A stretch of 64,000 nucleotides of DNA, from contig JABHDY010000004.1 of NCBI GenBank assembly GCA_018676855.1, positions 28,972 to 92,971 on the forward strand. Direction: 5' to 3'. A program made the translations under genes and the position numbers. Below, piece after piece: positions 53,866 through 62,570 of the stretch (positions within the stretch are counted from its first letter, which is position 1; each line of letters begins with the position of its first letter). The notes under the pieces were generated by a model, which was not told the origin of the DNA, searched no databases, and worked only from the letters and a program-made list of their open reading frames with translations. Origin of the DNA: Candidatus Woesearchaeota archaeon (GTDB lineage: Archaea; Nanobdellota; Nanobdellia; Woesearchaeales; GW2011-AR9).

Positions 53866-56682
53866 TTATTGGTTACGATTTCTCATACCAACAACAATAG
53901 CAACAACTGCAATTATTATTATAATCACAATTAACCACCATACCCAGCCTGATACTCCCGTAGTTTCTTCTGTTACGTCTCCAGATTCAGTAGTTGCACC
54001 AGTAACATCGTCTCCAACAGATGCTTCTGCCTCTCCAGTTGGGGCTACAACGGCATCACCTGTTTTCTCACCAATGACAAAGTAACTGAAACCTGGCGTT
54101 GTTGCCGAAAAGTGTATGTACGTTCCGTCATCTTCTCCAACAACTGTTGATAATTGTATCCAATCATCGTTTGCGTACCTGAACAATGCAACATTGTTCT
54201 GTGTCAGACCATTCTCAGTTAACCACGCTTTTGCAATTTTGAAGTTAACAACTGGGTTACTTAATAGTTCGTCAGTTAAAGTAACGCCTTTTGTAATCTC
54301 AATGTTTCTGTATACTTTTCCAGTAAATGTTTTAACTGAACTTGGAGGACTATCGATCTTTGCAACTTTTACCCATGCACCCCAGACAGTTTCTGCAGTA
54401 GAAAAATCTACAGAAGTAACACCAACCGCTCCATTGTCAACAATAACTGTTGCAGTTTCTCCCGCATTAATTGAGGTCCATATTTCTTTTGCATACTCAC
54501 CGACAACGTTAGCACTAACGCCACCGCCAGAACCGCCAGAACTACCACCACTTGCTGCTGCCGCTGCAGCATCTGCAGCTAGTGTAGTAAAGTCATACGA
54601 CGCTTTTGCGTAATGGCCGCTTGGGTCAGTACAATTAACTGTCGCTGTATATGATGTAGCTGCTGTTAAACCAGTTACTGTATATGTCCATGTTTGTGCA
54701 CTTTCATCAGTCACGCCCATTAATCCTGTTGCAGGACTTACAATGGAACAATTACCTGCTGATTCATTCACACCTGCACTGATAATTGCTGTTGTACTTG
54801 TTATTGAACTTGCACCAGACGTTACATTTGGTCCCGTTCTATCAACCGTAAACGTTAACGTTTCTGTACTATTCAAGTTGTTAAGTGTATCATTTGCATA
54901 GACTCTTAATGTATGTTCACCTTCATCTAATCCAGACACGTTAACACTGATAGAGTACCAACATCCAAGAGTATCACAATCGTACACTAATTCGCCCTCT
55001 GAATAATTAAACGGATTGCCAATACCTTCCGATGAAGCATTGTCAAAGTTTATCGATACATATGATAAATTGAACCGAACATCTGCACTTGAATCGTTAA
55101 TTGATATGTTAAATGTAACATTATTTGTTACCTCACTAAAGTTCATCTCACTAAATGGATAAACAAAAGTAATGTTTGGTAAAACAGTATCAATAGACAT
55201 GACATGATCAGAACCGCCAGTCCACGAAGAACCAATAAGCCCAGATCCATCTGTACAATTAGCACTTACATTATAATCTCCACTTGTCAAGATTGTTGCA
55301 TTTGTAAAATTATATCCTGAACTACCATCAGAACCATTATTTATTGTTGTTGTGTTCCAAATCGTTCCGTTAAGATATACTGTACAACTTGCACTTCGTG
55401 AAAGACTATCATTGTAATTTATTCCTATGCTTGGAGTTCCAGTCGATGTATTCATAGAGATATTAATCACAGTAACGTTTGGTTGTGTCCTATCAACAAT
55501 AAAGTAAAAAAATTCTGTCTGATTTGTATTGTTGAATGTATCGTTTGCGATAACATAAGCCGTATAAAACCCTTCTTCAAGACTTGAAATGTTGAACCGG
55601 GTACTATAATTGTCCTGTCCAGAATCGTTATCTAACGTAACAGTAATCGCTCCGATTGTGCCACTATTCCATGTATCGTTATCAAATCGAAGAGTAACAT
55701 TTGCAATTCCTACAAAAGCGTCAGTAACTGTCGTATTAAACGTATAATTTCCTGTAGGTGACGTCACATTTTCTCCAGCTGAAAAGTTTACATATCCAGC
55801 AGAGGGATTATTAATACTTACACTTGGCAAGGTTGCGTCAACCGTTAAATTAAATACGGGACTAGACTGACCAATATTACTTGAAGCATCTGTACAATTC
55901 ACACTAACATTGTACCATCCGTCATCTAATGTTGTATCAACTTGTAAGAACGTTACTGCTTCAGAGAATGATACTTGAGTAGAAGTATTAACAATATCAG
56001 TAAGTCCTAATTCACCAGAACCAATGTAAAGTGAACATGTTGCAATGTCTGACCATGTATCATTATAACTCATTCCAATTTGAGGAGTAGAATCGGACGT
56101 GTTAAAGTTTAAATCTCCAGCTGCACCAAAAGAATAGTTTCCTGCAGGATCGTTTGTAACGTTATATATTACAACGCCAGGAGCAGTATTATCAATAGTA
56201 ACGTTGCTAATTATGGTCCAATTATATCCAACATTGAGACCAGAATGATCGTCCTCGTTGGTTACATTATATGTTCCATTCGCACTTCTATTAGCAATAA
56301 AAACTGTAATGTTATAAATTCCGTCAGCAAGAAGGGTGGTATCAAAACTTGTATTGACAAAATATGTTTGGTTAAACGTCGTATTATATATTGTTGTGTT
56401 ATACCCATACGTTCCATCAGGCTCTCCACCTGAAGAATTTGATACATTCATCCAAAAGAACGTTACATTAACAATATCATTATTGTTCGTTCCGTTAACG
56501 GTCCACAATTCACTTGTGTTCGTTACATTTAATGTAATCGTCCCACTCAAATTTGAGTTATTTGTAATGTTTGTCCCAATAATTGGTTCATCGAGCAAAC
56601 TTCCTGCAACTACAAAATACACTAACAAAGAACATATTAAAACCGTAAAGAGCGCGATAACGCTACGTTTATTAATTTCCAT
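53866..56682 (-). CDS. Giant N-glycosylation-rich surface (S-layer-like) glycoprotein candidate, 938 aa, with an N-terminal signal/TM and a C-terminal TM anchor.
   Basis: The N-terminus reads MEINKRSVIALFTVLICSLLVYFVVAG. N-x-[ST] sequons are very dense throughout (NITNNSNLSGTITLNVTNTSELWTVNGTNNNDIVNVTFFWMNVSNSS...). A Gly/Ser/Ala linker precedes the C-terminal TM helix WVWWLIVIIIIIAVVAIVVG and the basic tail MRNRNQ. Confidence 0.7.
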   Translation of the reverse strand: MEINKRSVIALFTVLICSLLVYFVVAGSLLDEPIIGTNITNNSNLSGTITLNVTNTSELWTVNGTNNNDIVNVTFFWMNVSNSSGGEPDGTYGYNTTIYNTTFNQTYFVNTSFDTTLLADGIYNITVFIANRSANGTYNVTNEDDHSGLNVGYNWTIISNVTIDNTAPGVVIYNVTNDPAGNYSFGAAGDLNFNTSDSTPQIGMSYNDTWSDIATCSLYIGSGELGLTDIVNTSTQVSFSEAVTFLQVDTTLDDGWYNVSVNCTDASSNIGQSSPVFNLTVDATLPSVSINNPSAGYVNFSAGENVTSPTGNYTFNTTVTDAFVGIANVTLRFDNDTWNSGTIGAITVTLDNDSGQDNYSTRFNISSLEEGFYTAYVIANDTFNNTNQTEFFYFIVDRTQPNVTVINISMNTSTGTPSIGINYNDSLSRSASCTVYLNGTIWNTTTINNGSDGSSGYNFTNATILTSGDYNVSANCTDGSGLIGSSWTGGSDHVMSIDTVLPNITFVYPFSEMNFSEVTNNVTFNISINDSSADVRFNLSYVSINFDNASSEGIGNPFNYSEGELVYDCDTLGCWYSISVNVSGLDEGEHTLRVYANDTLNNLNSTETLTFTVDRTGPNVTSGASSITSTTAIISAGVNESAGNCSIVSPATGLMGVTDESAQTWTYTVTGLTAATSYTATVNCTDPSGHYAKASYDFTTLAADAAAAAASGGSSGGSGGGVSANVVGEYAKEIWTSINAGETATVIVDNGAVGVTSVDFSTAETVWGAWVKVAKIDSPPSSVKTFTGKVYRNIEITKGVTLTDELLSNPVVNFKIAKAWLTENGLTQNNVALFRYANDDWIQLSTVVGEDDGTYIHFSATTPGFSYFVIGEKTGDAVVAPTGEAEASVGDDVTGATTESGDVTEETTGVSGWVWWLIVIIIIIAVVAIVVGMRNRNQ

Positions 56683-56832
56683 TCTACCAACCTCTTTTTT
56701 GTATAATTATGATTAATTATGAAGAAAGTAAGTTAGGTTAATATATAAAAGTTTGTTTTTATAGAACATAGTTCTATATGTTATTTTATCCGTAATGTTT
56801 AAAAAGAAATTCCTGTTTGCAGTAACATTAAT

Positions 56833-56906
56833 GGCTCCATGGCTTAGCCTGGTAGAGCGCACGACTGATAATCGTGAGGTCCCGAGTTCAAATCTCGGTG
56901 GAGCCA
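56833..56906 (+). tRNA. tRNA-Ile (GAU), 74 nt; CCA not encoded.
   Basis: The sequence reads GGCTCCA-TG-GCTT-AGCCTGGTA-GAGC-G-CACGA-CTGATAA-TCGTG-AGGTC-CCGAG-TTCAAAT-CTCGG-TGGAGCC-A. All stems pair and the anticodon is GAT. Confidence 0.85.
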
Positions 56907-56912
56907 TTTTTC

Positions 56913-57842
56913 TTATTTTTGTAGTATCCAACCGCACCGTGCACCTAACGAAAAATCAAAATCATGATAATCTATAGAATGTCTTCCATCAACCGTACCT
57001 GATTGAAGTTGTTCATCTGACGTTACTCGTAAACCCATATACTGTGCGCCAACACCCAAAATACATTCTATAGAAAAAATGCGAAATGATGGACCTGCTT
57101 GCATACGAAGTGCACCACCAAATGCTGACAAATCAATATTTCCATTATCTTGTGAAGGTAAACCTAACAACCGCATTGATTTTCGTACGGATTCGTCAAC
57201 AACATCAACATCAAGTTGTAATGAACTTAGAAACCATGTGAAATATGCACTAATGTCAGCCGAAATGCCAATTGCAAATGAATCGTTTCCGAGCGATATT
57301 TTTTCTGTTAGACGACCACCAACAGTTCCATGATGAAAGTCTCCACGAAGTGTATAATCTACAGGAGTAACACCATATCGAGTAGAACCACTATCCTTTA
57401 AAGGATGTCTCCATAATTGTGAAGAACTATACGATACAAACCCACCAACAGATAAATTATGTTCAGCAATATTTCCTATAGGACCCTGCACAAGTACAGT
57501 ATCAAAATAAATTCCCATAATTGGTAAGTAAAATTCTTCCTCATCAATTTTTGATGCTAATGAACCTTCAGGAAAATGAAGTTTGCCAGGATCAATTATA
57601 GAACTACCAACTTCAAAACCAAACACATATTTTCGTGGAGAATCTAATAGGGGAATATCAACACGATCTTCTAAAACTGGAAATTGTTTTTCAGGAACGT
57701 CAATGCCTATTGGAGAAGTGTTTACTTCCACAACTTTTTCTGAAACAATGTTCTCTCTTGGTTCTGCACGTGTAACAGGAGCATATATCAATTGAAACGC
57801 GAGAGCTGACGCCGTTAATAAATTTCTAAGAAGATGAGTCAT
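56913..57842 (-). CDS. Secreted beta-rich protein, ~310 aa, with an alternating-hydrophobicity (beta-barrel-like) pattern.
   Basis: The start at the ATG complement of 57840..57842 gives the signal peptide MTHLLRNLLTASALAFQLIYAPVTRAEP. The upstream part of the track ORF is a Cys/Tyr-rich artefact. The body has many amphipathic beta-strand-like segments (e.g. AIGISADISAYFTWFLSSLQLDVDVV). Confidence 0.5.
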   Translation of the reverse strand: MTHLLRNLLTASALAFQLIYAPVTRAEPRENIVSEKVVEVNTSPIGIDVPEKQFPVLEDRVDIPLLDSPRKYVFGFEVGSSIIDPGKLHFPEGSLASKIDEEEFYLPIMGIYFDTVLVQGPIGNIAEHNLSVGGFVSYSSSQLWRHPLKDSGSTRYGVTPVDYTLRGDFHHGTVGGRLTEKISLGNDSFAIGISADISAYFTWFLSSLQLDVDVVDESVRKSMRLLGLPSQDNGNIDLSAFGGALRMQAGPSFRIFSIECILGVGAQYMGLRVTSDEQLQSGTVDGRHSIDYHDFDFSLGARCGWILQK

Positions 57843-58051
57843 AGTATAGCATGTGTATATAAAGTATATAAGGGTTGTGACACAAACACAAAAATTATAA
57901 ACTATTATACTCATAAAAAGACTATTTTTTATGCTATCTCTATATATAGTTTCATGTGTCTAAATCTTTAAATAGCAGTTATCATTATGGAATTATAAAA
58001 ATTCGTATCAAATGGATTTTTGTACTTAACCATTGGGGGGTGTTATGTATT

Positions 58052-59059
58052 ATGAAAAAAGGAATCGTATTATTACTTATCGTATTTATAGTTACTATGT
58101 TTATTGCAGGATGTGTTGATTACAAAGCGTATCAAGTTCCTGAAGATGATGGATCAGAGGATTCTTTGATTGATGAAATTGCACAGATAGAAAAAGAATT
58201 GGCAATGGAACAAGATATTGAAGGAGAAGAAATGGTTGTAGAAGAAGAAATTATCCTTCCCGAATTACAAGAAGAACCTATTGCACAAGAAGCAGATAGT
58301 GATTTACAAGTTATTAATGTTAAAGAGAATGTTTTAGTAAAACTGGACGCAATCGTTACTGATCCAGATAAAGATCCAGTAACCCATACATTTTCACGAC
58401 CGCTTAACAAAAAAGGTGAGTGGCAAACACAATATGGTGATGCTGGTGAATATATAGTTACAATTACGGCAACTGATGGCAAGCTTACAACATCACGAAG
58501 AGTGAAATTAGCAGTTGAACGTGTTAATGTTGCCCCAGTTATTACAGGAATTGTAGATATGACATTAAAAGAGGGAGAATTGGTCGTATTTGAACCACAA
58601 GTTTCAGATCCAAACAACGATCCTGTTACCGTAACTGTTTCAGAACCATTAAAAGATGGACGTTTTCAAACGGACCACACAAGTTCCGGCGAATATAAAA
58701 TTAAAGTTGTTGCGAGCGATGGCGAACTTGAAACTGTCAAAACAGTTATGTTAGAAATTGTTGATGTCAATGTCCTTCCTGAAGTTAGTGGTGTAGAAGA
58801 CATTACAGTTAAAGAGGGAGAAACTGTTACAATTAAACCAGTAGTTTCTGACATTGATGGTGATGATTACGTTATAACTATTAGTGAACCTGTTGGCAAT
58901 GATGGAGTTTGGGAAACAGCATTCACGGACCATGGTGAGTATGTTATTACAGTAGTTGTAGATGATGGCAAAGATCAAGTAACAAAAAGAATCAATGTTG
59001 TTATCGGAGACATTAACATGCCACCAGAGATTGTTGACATTTCATTGGGCACACAATAA
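58052..59059 (+). CDS. Lipoprotein-like surface adhesin with 3 tandem cadherin/Ig-like (He_PIG-type) repeats.
   Basis: The start at ATG 58052 reads MKKGIVLLLIVFIVTMFIAGCVDY, with an IAGC lipobox. An acidic linker follows. The ~95-aa repeats follow the pattern DPD.D...TxTFSxPL...GxWQTxYxDAGEYxVTxTATDG. Confidence 0.65.
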   Translation: MKKGIVLLLIVFIVTMFIAGCVDYKAYQVPEDDGSEDSLIDEIAQIEKELAMEQDIEGEEMVVEEEIILPELQEEPIAQEADSDLQVINVKENVLVKLDAIVTDPDKDPVTHTFSRPLNKKGEWQTQYGDAGEYIVTITATDGKLTTSRRVKLAVERVNVAPVITGIVDMTLKEGELVVFEPQVSDPNNDPVTVTVSEPLKDGRFQTDHTSSGEYKIKVVASDGELETVKTVMLEIVDVNVLPEVSGVEDITVKEGETVTIKPVVSDIDGDDYVITISEPVGNDGVWETAFTDHGEYVITVVVDDGKDQVTKRINVVIGDINMPPEIVDISLGTQ

Positions 59060-59102
59060 AAACATTTTTGTTTTTTTTCTTCCCATTTTTATCTAGAATA
59101 CA

Positions 59103-61415
59103 ATGGCACATAAAAACATAAAACTCATTATTGGACTAGTAATGATTATACTTCTTGTATATACAGTACCTGCAGCAACAAAGATATATTATGCACAGGA
59201 AGGAGATTTTATTAAAATTAGAGCCGAAGCAATTGATCCGGATAAAGATTTCATCACGTACAATTATGCTGCACCATTTGATGATGAAGGAGAGTGGCAA
59301 ACAGGGTTTGACGATGCTGGCGAACATGAGATTGCCATTATTGCGTCTGACGGAAAAAGTGAAGATATTAAGACAATTAAGATTATTGTACACAATACAA
59401 ACTTACCTCCAGACACTATAGAGAATAGGATTAGTGTAAAAGAAACGCAACTTGTTGACTTAAAATCGCTCGTTTCTGATCCAGACAATGACGTTATAAG
59501 TTATACATTCTCAGCACCATTTGATGATCAAGGACAATGGCAGACAGGATATGATGACCAGGGAGTTTTTGTTACAACATTTACAATGTATGACGGTTTT
59601 ATTGAAGTTACTAAACGTGTTGAGATAGAAGTTCTTCATACAAACCAGCCACCGGAAATTATTGACATTTTTTCTACTGCGTCTTTTATTACAGCCAGGG
59701 AAAATGAACCGTTCAGTTTTTATTTTAATGTGAGAGATGGTGATAATGATCCAATGACTGTTCTCTGGAAAATTGATGGACAGATTATTAGTGATGAACT
59801 TTCAGGAGAATACATGTTTGGATATGAAGATGCAGGCAAACATGAGTTAACCCTTACAATAACTGACGATACCAATACAATTGAACGAAAATGGACACTT
59901 ACTGTACGAAATACAAACAGAGAACCACGTTTAGTACCTCAAGATATAACTGTTAATGAAGGAGAGAAAGTAGTATTAAATTTGCCTAAGAAAGATATTG
60001 ACGGAGATATTTTACAATATACATATGACGAACCTCTTTCAGAAAATGGTGAATGGCAACTTAGCTTTGAAGATGCTGGAACATATTCGCTTGAAATCAC
60101 TGCATCAGATGGAGACCTTCAAGATAAAACAACTATTGACATAACTGTTGTTGATGTTGATAGGGCTCCGGTGTTAACACTTCCACAAAAGTTATGGGTT
60201 GATGAAGGTGGAGAACTTGAATGGGAAATAGAAACGTACGACCCTGATAAGGACGATGTTACCATCACAGTATCTAACGCTCCAGACGATTCAGTTATAC
60301 GAAAAAATAAATTTTCATGGGAACCTGATTATGATACAATCACGCGTAAGGGCGGATTTGTAAGTACAATATTAAATACTGTCCGTCTTGAACATTTTTT
60401 CTTACAAAAAAAATCTGTCCCAATAACCGTTGAAGTGTGTGGAAAGGATAAATGTACAACTGGGACTGTTGATATCATAGTATATAATGTTAATAGAAAG
60501 CCAGAGTTAACAAACATTCAACCAATTACAGTACGTGAAACAGAAACTGTTAATTTAGAAGCGTACGCTGTTGATCCTGACGATGACATTATGAAATATT
60601 CTTATTCATGGCCATTAAATAAAAAGAGTGGTGAATGGGAAACGGGATATGAAGATGAAGATACGTACGAAGTGTATGTCTCAGCAACGGACGGAAAGGA
60701 AACTGATACCATTCCCGTTACAGTTCGTGTTGCAAGAATGAATAGGGAACCTGAGATTGATGTTCAAGATACTGTTGTTGTTAATGAAGGACAAGAGTTT
60801 ACCCTTAATGCAAAAGCGTTCGATAAAGATGAAGAGTCAGTCTCACTTTCAATGCCATATCTTCCTGAGGGAGCATCATTTGCAGAAGGAATTTTTGTAT
60901 GGACGCCACCCTATACTTTTGTTAAGAATAAGAGTGATAGTGTATGGAATAATGTAGTCAGTAATTGGAATTATCTTAATAAGAAAATGAATAGTGAAAA
61001 AGAAGTTGTATGGATAGAGTTTACTGCACGCGATACAGAAAGTACAGTCGTTCATCCAGTTAAGATAACTGTAAAGAACGTTAATCGGAAACCAGAACTT
61101 CTAGATTATCTTCCTGCAACAGAAACAACGGTTCATATGAACGAAAAAATTACGTTTCATGCAGTTGCATCTGACGTTGATGAAGACACATTATCATATA
61201 GTTGGAGCTTTTCTCCACATGAACCTCGTGTAAAAGAAACAAGTACCATTACAAGAACATTTGTGACACCGGGACGAAAAAGTGTTACTGTAAAGATTAG
61301 TGATGGTCGAGATACGGTTAAAAAAACATGGATAGTGAACGTCCTAGAAAGTGAATATGTTACACCAGCAAACCCTGGCGTTGGTCCGTATAGAACATAT
61401 ATTATTGAACACTAA
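59103..61415 (+). CDS. Surface adhesin, 770 aa, with ~8 tandem cadherin/Ig-like repeats of the same family as 58052..59059.
   Basis: The signal-anchor reads MAHKNIKLIIGLVMIILLVYTVPAA. The unit DPD.D.x.Y.(F/Y)S.P....GEWQ(T/L)..(D/E)DAG.(Y/H).(V/L/I)..(T/S)A(S/T)DG recurs throughout. Confidence 0.7.
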   Translation: MAHKNIKLIIGLVMIILLVYTVPAATKIYYAQEGDFIKIRAEAIDPDKDFITYNYAAPFDDEGEWQTGFDDAGEHEIAIIASDGKSEDIKTIKIIVHNTNLPPDTIENRISVKETQLVDLKSLVSDPDNDVISYTFSAPFDDQGQWQTGYDDQGVFVTTFTMYDGFIEVTKRVEIEVLHTNQPPEIIDIFSTASFITARENEPFSFYFNVRDGDNDPMTVLWKIDGQIISDELSGEYMFGYEDAGKHELTLTITDDTNTIERKWTLTVRNTNREPRLVPQDITVNEGEKVVLNLPKKDIDGDILQYTYDEPLSENGEWQLSFEDAGTYSLEITASDGDLQDKTTIDITVVDVDRAPVLTLPQKLWVDEGGELEWEIETYDPDKDDVTITVSNAPDDSVIRKNKFSWEPDYDTITRKGGFVSTILNTVRLEHFFLQKKSVPITVEVCGKDKCTTGTVDIIVYNVNRKPELTNIQPITVRETETVNLEAYAVDPDDDIMKYSYSWPLNKKSGEWETGYEDEDTYEVYVSATDGKETDTIPVTVRVARMNREPEIDVQDTVVVNEGQEFTLNAKAFDKDEESVSLSMPYLPEGASFAEGIFVWTPPYTFVKNKSDSVWNNVVSNWNYLNKKMNSEKEVVWIEFTARDTESTVVHPVKITVKNVNRKPELLDYLPATETTVHMNEKITFHAVASDVDEDTLSYSWSFSPHEPRVKETSTITRTFVTPGRKSVTVKISDGRDTVKKTWIVNVLESEYVTPANPGVGPYRTYIIEH

Positions 61416-61474
61416 ATTGTATTGACTATTACAGTAACCAAACATTTTTAAACAAAAAACAAATTCTATGTCCT

Positions 61475-62110
61475 ATGAAAAGTATCAATCAAGAGATAGC
61501 CCGTCTATTAAATCAAGACATTGCAATACAGAAATGTTTGAAAGAAAAACTTATCAATATTCGTTCTTTAGCAAAGTACCTTCAAGAGAAGTACGAGTTA
61601 CGATCTTCACTTGATGCTATCATAAGTGGGATACGACGATATGATATAGATAGTGTTAGTCCCCTTCATTCAAAAGAAATGGCAAAAGTATTTAGCCGTA
61701 TGTCAATCTCAACAAAAGATAATATTGCTAAAATCTTGCTAAAAGATAAAGCGTTTAAAGACATTTGTGAAGATTTTATCGGAAAAAAAACATTGAGAGA
61801 GAATTGTCGAATTGTTAAATCAAAAGAAACGGTAACATTAATTGTTAATATGAAAGATTTTGAAAAGAAAAAATCGTTATTTAAAGATGCAGACGTTCTT
61901 GATGTACAACAAAACCTTTCCGAGATACGTTTACAATTTCCAAAAGATATAAGTCAAATAAAAGGTATTTCTGCGCGTATTGCCGGTGAGCTTGCGATGC
62001 GTGACGTGAATATTGAAGATGAGATATATAGTATGCCAGAATTACTTATTTATGTTAAAGAAAATTCGTTAGTTTCTGCTCATCACGCATTATTAGAAAT
62101 AAAAAAGTAA
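61475..62110 (+). CDS. Hypothetical protein, 211 aa; ACT/regulatory-like C-terminal pattern (weak).
   Basis: It is a clean ORF. The C-terminus ISARIAGELAMRDVNIEDEIYSMPELLIYVKE resembles an ACT-type beta-alpha-beta-beta unit. Confidence 0.4.
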   Translation: MKSINQEIARLLNQDIAIQKCLKEKLINIRSLAKYLQEKYELRSSLDAIISGIRRYDIDSVSPLHSKEMAKVFSRMSISTKDNIAKILLKDKAFKDICEDFIGKKTLRENCRIVKSKETVTLIVNMKDFEKKKSLFKDADVLDVQQNLSEIRLQFPKDISQIKGISARIAGELAMRDVNIEDEIYSMPELLIYVKENSLVSAHHALLEIKK

Positions 62111-62137
62111 AAAAGAAGTATTGAAAGAAATAAACAG

Positions 62138-62401
62138 TTAACGAAAACCTGGTCCTAATGGACTTCCACCACCATAACACTGCATATAACTTTCTGTTGG
62201 TTTTAAACGATCTACCATGTCCTTAGCTTTTTCTGCACCATGGACAACTTTTAAAATATGGTACGAATCTTCTCTCCATTGACGAAGACGGACAGCATGT
62301 GCATCCGTATAATGAGTTGTACTAGGTTCCTTTTCTAATGGAACAACATTAGGAATTCTATCTCTTTTGTAGCCTTCATCAAGGTAATCATTTATCGACA
62401 T
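62138..62401 (-). CDS. Small hypothetical protein, ~88 aa.
   Basis: The start at the ATG complement of 62399..62401 (MSINDYLDEGYKRD...) is preceded by GGAGGG on the coding strand. The longer track ORF adds an implausible Tyr/Phe/Leu-rich extension. Confidence 0.35.
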   Translation of the reverse strand: MSINDYLDEGYKRDRIPNVVPLEKEPSTTHYTDAHAVRLRQWREDSYHILKVVHGAEKAKDMVDRLKPTESYMQCYGGGSPLGPGFR

Positions 62402-62570
62402 TTCTTTATTCCCTCCATATAATGTATATAGAATATAATCTTCTACCGAGTTATATAAAAACTCTGACAGAAATAGCACGAAATAGATATATTTGACACA
62501 TATGAAAATGATTAGACACAAATAAAAGAGATAAACAAATAACTTAATAAAGAATTCCATCTCAGAATAC

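Noticed and set aside
54116-54613. 165-aa plus-strand ORF inside the S-layer-like gene.
   Set aside because: It is antisense to a much longer ORF with a coherent signal peptide, sequon-rich and TM architecture.
56713-56977. ORFs 56713..56937 (-) and 56795..56977 (+).
   Set aside because: Both overlap the tRNA-Ile gene (56833..56906) and have no protein-like features.
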